Positions 25,114-38,474 of a stretch of DNA of 64,000 bases are shown here, piece by piece. Made by a program: the position numbers and the translations under genes. This stretch comes from Paraspadella gotoi. Lineage: Eukaryota > Animalia > Chaetognatha. The stretch lies in NCBI GenBank assembly GCA_051294375.1, contig CM119263.1, forward strand, positions 30,567,376 to 30,631,375, given 5' to 3'. The notes under the pieces are model-generated. The model did no database searches. It was not told the DNA's origin and saw only the letters and a list, made by a program, of their open reading frames with translations. The number at the start of each line of letters is the position of its first letter. Positions within the stretch are counted from its first letter, which is position 1.

Positions 25114-27637
25114 TTGCCCTTCATGATTATTATTATTATTATTATTACCTTGACTGTGCAGCAAGAAAACCAAGAGCGATTGGAAAAGTTGCTCCTCGAT
25201 CCGCTGCTTTGTGATCCGAGATCAAGGTCAGATTTGGGCTCACAAAGTGTCACTTCGTCGACTTGCCTTTTAAAAAAAATTGAACATTTGAAAACTAAGA
25301 TAAAAAAATTATGTATAATAAGATCAATGAAATAATTCATGGTTTATGAGAGTGCCGAAAAATAATTTATAAAAAATCTCAAACATAATTTTACTCCATT
25401 ATTTTTTAAAACGTGATATTGTTCAACTAAAAATTGGAATTTTCTCACCGTTGGTGTGAATTTTGAAAATTGACGGAGTTTCTTATTGCTGCAAAAGACA
25501 TTTTCCTTGATTTGAATTTTGATGAGGTTTTTTTTTTCAATTTAATGTTCCAAAATCCAAAACGAGCTACCTGATAAACATAATGTAAATATTTCACTGT
25601 AATGAAATGTACCTTTGAACTATGTTAAAATAAGAGTTCACCTCAATTTTTTTTCACGATTAATTTTGGGAAGAGAAAAAGATGAATTCTGAGACTAAAA
25701 CTAAGGAAAAAAACTTTCTTATCACAGATGCTTTTCACGTGAATTTAGGTCCGTGACCTAGTTCCGGTTTGAGTTTTGTTTGTGATTCGGAAAACGTTAA
25801 TCACAATGGTTTCGTCCGTTTGTTATCCGATTTTTTTTCACGCATTGTGAATTGATTCCTTAAAGAAAAGAAAATATATTTCGTTGCCCGATAAAAAAGG
25901 TTTTAGTGAAGGTTTTTTTTTTCCTAGTGAACTTTCGTCGTTTTTATCGTCGTCGTCATCGTCATCAGCGGGTTGTCGTCTTTGAGACGTTTAATTGGGC
26001 CGTCAATTTATCTCTGAAGAATAGATATCACTTAGAGAATAGTTATAACTGGAGCAGAGCCTATGTCAAAAGATAGATATTTTTTAAACTGGTTATCTTC
26101 AAAAAGATTTATCAAAAAGGAAATAAAATTAACTATTGTGGCACTCCTTTACATTGTAATTTTAGTTGACGGTGGGCGTTAAATAAAATTATTATCTAAT
26201 ATTATTTTATTACGTTTTTTATTTGTTTGTTTCCTTTTATCCTTTAGGTCGATTGATCTTCCTTTCATTTTTTTCCTATTGACCCGCAATCGCAGTTGAG
26301 TATTAAATTAAATAAAAAGCTTAATTATCTTAAATTTTTTTTTAATTAATAAGTTTTATATCTTTTCAGTTTATAATTTAAATATTTCATATATAGAATA
26401 TATAGAATATATTTTTAAAAGTATAAATAAAATGATATAATCTTAAATTTTTTCAGAAAAATGTTTATTTTTAATATAGATATATTTAGGACTAAGCTCT
26501 GACGAACAAAGCCCGAGGTTTTTTTAATATATTCTTATACCGGCCAAGGTAGAATGATGACAATATTGTTAATATTAAGTTTCAAAAAAATCTGACCATA
26601 AATATAGAAAATATTAACCAAAATATTAGGAAAATCCACCCCTTCTTTGAAAGATTTTCACCATAGAAGATTTTTCCCGAATCTGACTCCCGGTTGAAAA
26701 CTCTCAGAATTCCGATCGTTAGCTCCTCTTACTTTTACTTTAAATAAAAATTTCACCAAAATAGACTAATTCACTTTACCATGATCGTATCATATCAAAA
26801 TAACCAAATAAAATGTAAAAAAAAATTTTGAGAGCCCTTCAGACACTTTGCCAAAGGATTCCAAAATTGGATCTCATTTGTTGAACAGGAACATACCTCA
26901 GTCACATTTATATTGTTTTCAAGGAAAAAAATCCCTTTCATTTCTATATAAAATCATAGATGGAAAATTTTTCCGTCCAGAAGCAGTCTATTTGTTCTGG
27001 CTCGTTTGATATCAAGATGTTTATGATTTGACAAGAGAAAAAAAATGCGAGCCCTTCAGATACAACAGGATCGGAATAAAGTATTTTTACATCGATATTT
27101 TACCAGAATCAGGAGCGTTTATATTGTTTGGTAGTCAGATTTGAACGAAAATCTCCATTGAAAAAGTCTTCCTCGATCTCTTAGAACGACCGTAGACTCC
27201 TAATATATTATATATCTAGGCCGAGTGAACCGACTACATATACATAATATTAATTATTTTTACAAAACTTTTTTTTTACAAATTATTTTTAAATTTATTT
27301 AAATTGAACTGTTTATTTTTTAAATTCAACGTTTTAATAAATAACAACTTACATTGACAGACAAAGCCAGTGGCTCATCCTCTTCCTCATCCTCTCTGTT
27401 TACTAGATTTTTCGACGAGAATTCCGTCTCCTCTCCGAGGGGCGGAGAGAGGGAAAGGGGGAGAGAAGAAGAGAGAGAGAGAGAGGTTGAGAGAGAGAGA
27501 GAGGTTGAGAGAAGTAGGGGAAAGAAAGCGGGAACTGGAAACAGATAAAGGTAGGTTTTAAGAGACAGGGTGGGGAAGAAGAGAACAGAGATAAAAAAAA
27601 TAGAGAAATGGAAACAGAGAGAGAAAGATTGAAAAAA

Positions 27638-27682
<45 letters not shown>

Positions 27683-28515
27683 TATCTCTAGGGGGCGGTG
27701 GCAGCGGTTAAGGCACCGACCGAAGCTGAGGAGTTACTCCGGTTGAGATGAGAGAGTAATTTTGTGAGAGGGAGATAAAGTGATTTGAAGGGCGGATAGA
27801 GATCATACTCAATATCTTTAATTTTAAATAAAATATTTTCTTTCTCCTCAATTACTACTTAACTCGTGGGATAAATGAATGAATTATTTAAATGTTAGCT
27901 TTTTCTTTTAACAGATTTAAACACTCAATTACTTTTAGACAAAGGTGAGATATTTTTAATAATGACGAGATTTTTAACACTGAACTAAACAAAAAAAAAA
28001 AAAAAATTCAATAAAGGGGTGAAAATCTACAGTTTCACACAGAAGTGAGAAACTAAGAAGCGAAGATGTTTCCAGATTTTGAAGAATTTTTTTTCTTCTA
28101 CGAATATCAAGATTTAAAAATAGAAAAATTAAAAGGGTCCGCGATAGAAAGAACGAAAGAAAGAAAAAGCAACAAGAGAGCTCATGTGAAATATTCGATT
28201 GAAAGATGGTTGTGCCAAGTTATATCGACTAATGATAATTTAATCATAAGTGATAGGTTTTAGTGATATGGACAAGGAATAACGAATGTTCCTTTATCAG
28301 TTTATGATAAAATAAATGATTTGAATTTTTTTTTATCCCAAAATTTTTATCAAGCATTTATTAAACTCAGGTCATGCAAAATCATCGCCGAGGATCTCAC
28401 GTTTTCCTTCATAATTCATTTAATTCGAGTAATCTGCCAAATGTCATGCAGAGGTTTTCTTTTGTTGTAATAAATACTAAATACTAAATTTAATTAAATT
28501 CGAATAATTATAAAT

Positions 28516-29104
28516 ATGAGGCAAACTAACTTCGTCGATTTAGAAACGGATATAAAATCATCGCCAGGGACGACGTCAGTGACGCCGAAAAATCTTTACG
28601 GGGTTAGTTAATACTATTTTAAACTTAATATTTTAACTAATTGTAATGATATAATTTGTTGATTTTTAAGTTTCCTCGACAAATATTGATGGGCGATGGA
28701 TTGAAAGGAGTCAAAGGAAAGGTGAGTAAAAAGCCTTTTATGGCCAAATGATCGGAAGGACAGATTTATTATATTTTATTATTTTGCTGTGACTTGGACA
28801 ATTTCCATTGGAAAAACTTTAGAAAACGCTCCAAGCATTAATAATTTTTTTTAATTACAGATTTTGCGCTATATTTGTCTTTAATGATACAAATTAAAAT
28901 TTAAATATTTGAAATATACATTTTCGCAAGTTGAAAGTTACTTTAATATATTCTTTCAGTCTTTTAATTTTTTTTATTCATAAAATCATTTAAGTAAGTA
29001 GACAGGGATTTCAGCAAGAAACAAAAGTGGAATTATAATATAAATTGTACAACGATTGTACAGCGATATTAGAATTGCTTGATTGCTTCAGAATCTATTG
29101 GTTG

Positions 29105-29139
<35 letters not shown>

Positions 29140-31129
29140 TCCTTTCAACCCTGAAAGGATTCTCAGTCGTTCATCCTTTTCAATATTTTGCCAATTTCTA
29201 TCTCACCCACGACCACAGTTCCATCTCGCCCTCGTTCTTATTCTCGTCATCGTTCTCACCGTCTTAAATGTCCACTTGTATTTAATCTGTCGGTCAAATG
29301 TCGGTCAACCTTCGCCCGACACCGACGATGGAGGGAAATTCTCAAATTTGCAGCTTCACACTGAGAACGTCGAGTTTCTTCTCAACTTAACCTTGAATGA
29401 AATTTGTAAGAAAATGCGTGTCAAAGATATTTTTATATGTGAATTTTGAAGTGTTGGCTACATATTAGTTAAATTAAGTTATTCTGATGTCAGGAAACCG
29501 AAAGAACCCCTTAGCCTAACCAAATAAATATCCTAGCTATTGTTTCAAAAATATGCTATACAAATTGATCTATTTTTAGCTCCTATAATTGAATACATCC
29601 GGGACGGAGTTGACGACTTAAAACGAGATCTTCATCGTCATCATGCGAAAGTTTTCGCCAACGGATCAAATCACGTGAGCATTTAGAATGAAAAAGAAAG
29701 AAAAATAATAAAAATAACATTTTTTAACCTTTTCGCTTTCCTTTTTTTTTTCTTTTCTAATTTTGCTTCTCCCACAGAAAAACGAATCTGATTTTAAAGA
29801 CTCGGAAATTTTCGGCACTTGCAAAAATTGGAGCTTTTCTTACAACACGCAACTCAAAAAGTAGTTTTTCATTCATTCCCCGATCTAATACTTAAGTAAT
29901 TCAAAGTGGTCCCTTTATACAATTTAAGCATTCTTTAAAACAATATATCAGTTCATTGATAGGGAAGCCTGTACTGGGGTGAATGAACGAGACTGTGAGA
30001 CAGTCTTGATTGAAATGTTTCAGGGACCTGGTATGTCATTATCTTGTAATAATGATGGAGGCCTTAAACCTCCAAAGTCAGGGGAAAGATAGCTTGTTTA
30101 TTACATGAATGAAAAATTTTATATTGGTTGTACCAATTTCATTAAAAACATTATTTTAACAAATGCTATTCTTTTTCACTTTGGCAGATGCTACTCTTTC
30201 CAAACTTGGCACACGGTTTGGTTCGAAGCGGGCGAGTGGTGCCGTAGAAGAGGAGCCGATTTGGCTGCGGTTGAATCACAACAAGAGATGGAGTAATTAT
30301 TTTATTTAATATTTCTAAAGTCTTATTTTTAATTTCTATATATCGTTTCACTAAATGTAAGATTTCATTTGCATTGTAATTAAATTATTTCTCACACAGG
30401 TAATTTAATTAAAATAATTAGTAAAAAAACTGATCTCGAAATGCGGTTTACTGCAACTTTAAAAAAAATTCACAGTCAAATAAACTTTTATTGTTGTTTA
30501 ATTAATTATAATATCGGTCGTAGCTTCATCGACAACGTGATTAGCGGTGGGCTTTCGTGGAACCGAAAATCGTGGTGGTTGGGTGGGTACAAAGTCTCAA
30601 AGGAAACCAGTTGGACTTGGACATCGACCAGGTAGGACGTTTCTTGATCGTTGTGAGGAGTGATTGTGACCTAATAGAATAGGGTATCTCGCACCCAGGG
30701 AAGATACCTCCAAATTAAATTGAATAATTTCACAACTGTTAATTGTCGTTAGAAAAATAATTGTCAATCAAGGATTTGTAGGAAATCGATCCCGCCAATC
30801 AACAGTACCGAAGGTTTCGAAAATTGGGATAATCAGAATTACCATCAGTGAGTTTGAAATAAATATTTTAATAAATATTTTAATAAATATTTTTTGGTAT
30901 ACATTTGATTTTCATAACTTTTGACACTGACAGACTAATAAAGAATGTCTATATTTGTTGATGTTTAATGATGTTTAATAATGTTTTATACCTCATCCTG
31001 AAACACGACAGGCGCACTCACCAATCTCAATGCGTCTGTCTGCAAAATAGACGATGGATTTCGAAAAATTGCGGCGAACATAAAAATTTCATTTGTGAAG
31101 CTAAACCCGTTTATCTGAGAGAAGAATGA
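28516..31129 (+). CDS. Type II transmembrane C-type lectin-like receptor (9 exons)
   Basis: Exons 28516-28602, 28671-28721, 29219-29405, 29580-29674, 29778-29860, 30188-30292, 30524-30631, 30782-30847, 31012-31129. Cytoplasmic N-terminus, TM segment LALVLILVIVLTVLNVHLYLI, stalk, then CTLD CYSF..W.EA..WC..LAAVES..WWLGG..C..WIS..C..FICE. Confidence 0.88.
29874..30142 (+). mobile_element. Dispersed ~300-bp interspersed repeat
   Basis: Fills most of intron 29861-30187. Confidence 0.85.
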
Positions 31130-31395
31130 AGGAGAACAAAGACAATACTGTAGCGATACATGACAATTTACAATTAGAATGATTAGAATGTCACTAGTGT
31201 CAGTCATGATATGATCTATGAATTTGATGATTAGGTCAACCAGTGAATGATTATCATAATTTTTTTTTCTGGAAAGCGCGATTGATAATATACTTGAAAA
31301 TAGGTTTATGGCATGAAAACGGTTTTATTCCGTTATGAATTAATGTTAATATTAGTATTAATATATCAACATTACATTTACAAAAACAAAAATTT

Positions 31396-34300
31396 TCATT
31401 GTTGCACGAATTTATTAAAAGTCTTGAAAAAATTTTTGTCAAATTTGTGGGCGAAGTTGTAATTTGGATTGCGAGCCAAGATTGTCCTTGTTAAGAAATC
31501 ATTCAGTTAAACAGTATGCAATCTTTACATACTAAAACTATGGTGAGGGATAAAATCATCTAGACTCACCTGTAGAGCAGCGCAGCGGCGATGCAGCCCA
31601 GCGGATTGGCGATGCAGAACCAACCGTTTGACTCCCAAGAGGCGACGTAAAGGACGCCGCCGTCGCCGAAGTCGAAACCGGTCGCCGCGAGGGTTGCGCC
31701 TGGGGATGTAGAGACGGGGGGGGGGTGACATGGTGAATTGGTGATTGATGAAGAAAAAATGGAAACTTAGAAACAATAGAAACATGATATTTCAAAACCT
31801 TCAATGTCTTTCTTTAACCTAAAATAGGGTAATAAATTATTTTGGTTGCGAATGCTTTTTAAAATTTAAAACGTGAAAGAATAACTCAATAAGTTACGGT
31901 AGCCTTTTGTTTCTTTCGAATGCGCGCGCGAGAGGTCCTCTGTTGACCAACTTACAAAAATATGATCTTTTTTTCTCTCTTTAATTGCAATTTATAATTA
32001 TTAAAAATCGCTATTAACTCCTAGTTAATCCCATCATTAATTAGTAATTACTCGCCAGTCCGTAACCAACAAATCACTTACCCATAGCTCTGGCAGGATT
32101 CATGCATCCACCGCTGATCCTACTGGCAGCGTATGAGTTGTAGGCCACAGTAAATCCAACCTGTGATGAATGATCATTTTTATCGGAAGAATGTATTTTT
32201 AGTGTAACATATGACTAAATTTGCATCGATAAAATCTTTTGGGCTCTCTTTTCCCAGAGCGCCCCAGTTCTATTTTTTTTCATCCTGGAATCCAATTTAT
32301 TTTTAATATTTAATACATTTTTATATTTATAACTTAATATTTAATCTTAATCTTTAATTTTAATATGATATTAGATTAATCATAAACTTTTTTCAGCAAA
32401 ATTTTATTTATGCCAACCGGGGTTTTAGCATCTGTTAAAATATTATTTAACAATATTTATTTTTGAAAAAAAATTAATAAAAATTATTATTTAATTACCC
32501 TAATATTAAACCCTCTTAATCTTAACCACCCCTTACCTTAAATTATCCTTAACCTTAAGCGCTAATTCCGATTGGCGAAAATAAAATTAACACCCTTTTT
32601 TAATCTTAATTCTTAATTTTAAACCTTAATCAAAATTTTTAACTTTAATCTCTAGCCTAATCCTTAACCATAATCATTAACCTAATCCTTAATTTAATAT
32701 TTAATCCTAACCTTTAATCTAATTATTGATTTTAAAAATTAATTTAATTTTAAATTTAAGATGAAATGGGGCGTGTTGCGAAAATCAGGCCAGCTTTTTT
32801 GAATCTTACTGTGTAAGGATGCAGTTTGTTTGCAGGTTGATCATTAGAGGACAAAATGATGTGAAGAAAGAGAATCATTGAAATGAAGAATTCCAGTGAA
32901 AAAGCTTTCGTCAAATCCTAAAAATACAAAAATTTGTGTAAAAAGCCGAACAGAATATTACTATTTATAAACTTAAAGATTAACTTATTTATCATATATA
33001 AAAATGTTATTTTTAAAAACTCACAAACTCGTCGAAAAATCGCAAACGACACCAATTTATATAGTAATATAAGTTACTCTTTTTGTCTGCGATCCTTCAA
33101 GGATTCATTTTGATTTCGAAACAATATTAATGACCAAAACCATCTAATTTCGTCCCGTTACCCTTTGACTCCTTGACTTAACCTGATCCCTGATGACCAG
33201 CATTCCCCCTTGCCCCAGTGCGTACAACTCCTCGGCCAACAGGGCCCGTGCCACAGCGGCTCCCGTCGTCGCCCCTAAAATTTGGGCCGCCACGTAAAGA
33301 GGGTAGACCCATAGGGGCAGGTCGCCGACGATTACGAACCCGGCCGAGACGGCGGGGTTGACCTAAGGAGCGGGGGGAGAGGATGGAGAAGGAAAGCCAA
33401 GAGTGAGACAGAGTTAATCCAACGAAATAAAAACAAACAGAAAACTAACCTGAGCCCCGCTGATGTGACCGTATGTATTAATGAGAGTTCCAACGCACAG
33501 TCCTGTAACAAATTAACTAAATTGACCGCCCTGTGTCAAACTAAGGCTGCCTGTGCAAGTTTGACAAACAAAGTTGTAAGTTTAACCCAGAACTAAAAAA
33601 ATCTGAATTTTCCTTACACCACACCACAAGTAACAGCAATGCTTGCCCACAAATTAATAAAGCTATCATCGCAGATGGAATCAGAACCAAGAATGGAACT
33701 CTCCGATTGGATGAATCATCGTCGGGAATAAACCAATGAGAAGACGGGCTTCATTCAACGGTTGAACTCTTTATTCAAAATCGAAAAACGCCTTACTCAC
33801 AACGTAAACCATTACTCAATATATGACAAAAATTTCAGAACCTTTCCCACAAAGCGCGTTCCCAAAATTATAAGTTAAACCCTCCATTACAAAGAAGCTT
33901 ACCCTCAATGATGGAGACGACCCTCGCCTACCTAGAGCTTTCCCACAATGATGGGCACGACTCTCCACTATAAAGAAGCTTACCCACAATGATGGGCACG
34001 ACTCTCCACTATAAAGAAGCTTACCCACAATGATGGAGACGACCCTCGCCTACCTAGAGCTTTCCCACATTGATGGGCACGACTCTCCACTATAAAGAAG
34101 CTTACCCACAATGATGGGCACGACTCTCCACTATAAAGAAGCTTACCCACAATGATGGGCACGACTCTCCACTATAAAGAAGCTTACCCACAATGATGGG
34201 CACGACTCTCCACTATAAAGAAGCTTACCCACAATGATGGGTACGACTCTCCACTATAAAGAAGCTTACCCACAATGATGGGCACGACTCTCCACTATAA

Positions 34301-34488
34301 AGAAGCTTACCCACAATGATAGGCACGACTAGGTCTCCGTTGACATCGAGGAAATTCTTAGCAAAATTGCAGGGAACAAAAACTGATACAAAGACGAGAA
34401 TTGAAGTCGCGAGGAATTCGGTGAAGAGACGAGTTGGGAGAGAGGGGGTGAGGAATGGAGGATCGAGGGGTGAGGGAAGGAGTGGCAT
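31396..34488 (-). CDS. Aquaporin (MIP family), AQP8-like (7 exons)
   Basis: Exons 34488-34311, 33502-33450, 33362-33183, 32917-32810, 32160-32082, 31699-31570, 31486-31396; motifs GHISGAQVNPAVS and SGGCMNPARAMG. Confidence 0.93.
33880..34331 (-). repeat. 41-bp tandem array spanning the aquaporin exon 1 / intron 1 junction
   Basis: About 11 units of GTAAGCTTCTTTATAGTGGAGAGTCGTGCCCATCATTGTGG (minus strand); two variant units give a 122-bp higher-order repeat. Confidence 0.95.
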
Positions 34489-35875
34489 GATTGGAAAGAG
34501 TTGAGGGTTCGCCTTAGATGATAAGACGAATGGAGTGATACTGATATTAATGATAGTCAAGCGAGATCATCGTTGTTATTGTAGTTTTAAGTGGATCAGT
34601 TTAAAGCCGATGGAGTCAAGAAGGATTTTTGTACAGAAAGTTGATGGAGTTGGCGAGTTTTGATGTTGAATAAAGACGAAAGACTTGAAGGGATAAGTTA
34701 ATTTTATGTTTTGCTGGGGACGTGAAAGTTGTTAGACCGCGTATCTTACAACGTTTATACAGTTACTACAAGATGCAGCGATGGAAGAAAATCCAAATGA
34801 AATGTTCAATTTGATGACTCGTGAGTCTTAACAAATAGTATGACGAATTAATTTGTTTTTAAAATCTTTTTTTTTCTTTGTTTCGTTTCGTTTAACGTTT
34901 CACCTTCAACGTGAAAACCAAAAATTAAATTCGTGTTTAACCGAGTGGCCGACTCTTTCTCGTCTCTTCACGTTTTAAAGTTAATCCCTGAAGATTATTT
35001 TTTTATCCTTTGTGATGACGTCGCAAAAGATACTATCAGCTAAGATTTAATCACTGTAGATCGGAGTTAAATAATATTAAATATGCGATTCAATTTGCGG
35101 TCGCCTTAAAGTTAAATAAAAGAAAGTCACGCAAATCTAGCGAAAGGTTTCACGATTTTTTCGCTACATCCTGAGATTTTAAAACTGACTAGTGGTGACC
35201 AGAGACAACTTCCGAACTGACATTTAAATATTTGTTCTATATCTGTCGAGTTTTTATTGGACGCAGCGATTACAGGCCCAAGTTGTTTTGGTCTTCATCG
35301 TCGCCATCGATTTTTGTCGTCGTTTTCGTTGTCATCTCTTTCTGTTATTGTCATCTCGTTTCTCTGCTGCAATGGTTTCTGTCATTCTCATTCTTGTCGT
35401 CGTTGTCTGCTTCTTTAAAGTTGTCACAGTCATTCACAAAACCACCGCCTTTTCGCGCGACTTTTAAACTGATTAAAGAAACTTCTTGATCATCGCATTA
35501 ACTTTTTTGTTAATCAGTTTTTGAGTAATTTTTTTTAAACTCATCACAAAACGTTGAGAAGTTAGTAAATAATAAAATATGTTCAGTTTCCCTTGTCCAA
35601 TACAATAAAATTTTAATTTTAGATTGTATTAAATGATGTTGTTAGATGTTGTTGTTAGATAAAGAGATTTTGAAGTTTATGATGAATTTGAAAGAGTTGA
35701 TTTTGGTGTCTATGCCCTAAATAGAAAATTATATACGTAACCTTTAAATATTCGTTTAAGATGATATTAGAAAATTTTCTTTGTAATGTTTGCAACTGAT
35801 CCAAAAACAATAAAAGTGAATATAAAGAATCTAATCTTTTTTTGGAAATTGACTTCCTAACAAAACAATTTCAAA

Positions 35876-35953
<78 letters not shown>

Positions 35954-36037
35954 TCAAAGGATGATTATTTGACGTAAGGTTTTATCGATTCACTTTCTCG
36001 TCATTTAAATTTTCTTCGAGTTTAATTCAGAAGCAAA

Positions 36038-37640
36038 ATGATTTTCTTAATTTTGACAGCGATCGTTCTAATGGAAGGTTCGCCCTCGCAAGGTAAGTCA
36101 TCTCAAAGTTCGATCTGGTAAGTTAAGATATAAATCCTCTTCACCGGCCATTTTCTTCTCTTTTAACTGGTAATGTTTTCGTCTTCTCCCATCATTATTA
36201 CACTTTGACAATACAGAAATACTGGATGCCTACATTTTACTATTTTCAATTCATTATCTTACACTTCGCTATCCTTACAACTTATTTACCCTATTTTCCC
36301 TCACCCCCAACCCGACCCGATCTCCTCAGCCGGCAAGATCACCGAGATCACTTACCCTGGCGCGGTTTTCAAAGCCACTTCGGTTTACGACAACGATCCA
36401 CGTTACTCGCCTGAGAACGGATTTAAAGGATTTGACGAGTAAGGAAATAGCAAGGGTTGATGACCTTTTGTTGAGAGATGAAATGTCGAACGTGACACGA
36501 CGTGACACACGAGCCTTGTTTTAACTCCTCTCAGGTTCTGGATGAGCGGACGAGACGAGTCTGGAAATGGAGACCTTTGGACTTACATGCCTCATTTGTT
36601 GTGGTTCGAGTCGCCAACGTTTTACAAACCATTTAGGGTCACTTTTCATCCAAGGACGGACTTATGGTGAGAAAGAGAAATAAGGCGGAGTTATTTTCTA
36701 ATGTCATTAGGTTAGAAAACAATAATATTGAATATTTTAATCTTTAATTTTAAATGAAATTATCAAAAGGACATCAAAATTAAGATTTTCATAGTTAAAA
36801 GTGAGCTCATCAACAATAACATTTTAAAACATCAACAGGTGCGAAGATGACGCCTTTTGCGGCCCGACGCAATGGCGTTTTGTCGGAAGCACCAGTCAAA
36901 CTGCCTGCGATCGATGGTCAAAATGGACAGTTCTTTGCGAGGTAATCTTTGCTGTTGTTTTCCAGATTCTGTTTGCTGTTGTTCAGCAGGTTCTGTTTGC
37001 TGTTGTTTGCCATATTCTGTTTGCTGTTGTTTCCCAGATTCTGTTTGGTGTTGTTTGCCAGATTCAATTTTCTGTTTACTGTTGTTTTGCAGAATCAATT
37101 TGCTGTTGTTTCCCAGATTCAATTTGTTGTGGTTTGTCAGATTCTGTTTGCCGTTGTTTGCCAGATTTGGTTTTCTGTTATTTCCCAGAATCTTTTTACT
37201 GTTGTTTCCCAGATTCTGTTGATGTTTACATTGGCGTTTTTGTTGTTTTTTCTGTCGTTGTTTTGTTGCTCTTGCATTTCTTCATGGAAGTTGATGCTGT
37301 TCTCTTTCTCGCTCCATTATCTGGATGAGCGGACGAGACGAGTCTGGAAATGTATGTTTTATTTGTTTTCTGTACTAAATCAACCTTGTTGCATTCGAAT
37401 AAAAACTCTTACATTATCATTGATGCTCTTCGCATTCCCGCTCCATTATAAATGATGCTGATCTCTCTCCCGCTCCAGGTGACCTACCCGACTCCATTCA
37501 ACGCCACCACAGAGATTCAAACCTGCTCCACCGCCACCACGACGACCTTCAGATGTCTGGGTCTGCAGATTTTCAACTCCCTCTACCCAGTGCGCCCTTT
37601 GGTTGCCGTCTCGAGCGTGAGGATTTGGAAGAAGATTTGA
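36038..37640 (+). CDS. Small secreted protein with an F5/8 type C (discoidin/galactose-binding-like) fold candidate (5 exons)
   Basis: Exons 36038-36092, 36330-36438, 36535-36666, 36839-36941, 37479-37640; GT-AG and in phase. Signal peptide, then ATSVY..YSPENGF..FWMSG..PHLLWFE..VTFHPR..PTQWRFVGS..W..LC..FRCLGLQI..VSSVRIW. The fold is assigned from motif pattern only. Confidence 0.8.
36947..37220. repeat. 24-bp tandem array (TTTGCTGTTGTTTCCCAGATTCTG)n
   Basis: About 11 units starting 5 nt into intron 4. Confidence 0.9.
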
Positions 37641-38078
37641 GGGGAAAAAGGAAGAATTTGGAGAAGATTTGAAGGGAAAGAGGAGGATTTAGGAGAAGAT
37701 TTGAGAGGGAAAAGGATTTAGGAGAAGATTTTTGGGGAAAGAGGAGGATATAGGAGATTTGAGGGGGTTAGAGGAAGATTTAGGAGAAGATTTGAGGACG
37801 GGAAGAGGAGGATTTAAGGGAAGATTTGAGGGGAGAGAGAGAATGAGGAACAAGAATTTGAGGGGAAAGAGGAGGATTTAGGAGAAGATTTGAGGGGAAG
37901 AGGAGGATTTAGGAGAAGATTTGAGGGGGAAGAGGAGGATTTAGGAGAAGATTTGAGGGAAGAGGAGGATTTAGGAGAAGATTTGAGAGGGAAGAGGAAA
38001 CTTGGAAGAAGTTTTGAGGGGGTAGAGGAGATTTAGGAGAAGATTTGAGGGGGAAGAGGAATATTTAGGAGATTTGAT
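37619..38078. repeat. ~27-bp purine-rich tandem array (GAGGAGGATTTAGGAGAAGATTTGAGGGGAA-like)
   Basis: About 16-17 units; the first unit is the last codons plus stop of the upstream gene. Confidence 0.9.
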
Positions 38079-38417
38079 GGAGAAGAGAAGTGACAAAGGA
38101 TGGGGATGGGAATGGGATGGGAATGGGGATGGGGGTTTAAAAAGAGAAAAAGAGAAAGATAACCAGGACGATATTTTTCTTCACTATTATTTTTTTGACA
38201 CTTAAAAAAAGACAACGAATTAAATTATCCAATTTAACTTATTAAATTACCTATTTACTTACCCAGAAATTTGAAAGTCTGTTAGTAGTCATTTACCAAT
38301 TACAGTTTGAATTAGAAATCTCTTTGCTTTGATATTTCGTGCTGAGTTAGTCAATCGAAAAGACATATACGTCAATTGGAAAATGACCATTTTTAATGTT
38401 TATTAGATATTGCCCCC

Positions 38418-38474
<57 letters not shown>

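Noticed and set aside
26560-27200. Coding-like sequence with a repeated GAGCCCTTCAGA motif
   Set aside because: Frames are interrupted by stops and no recognisable domain or consistent splice model was found
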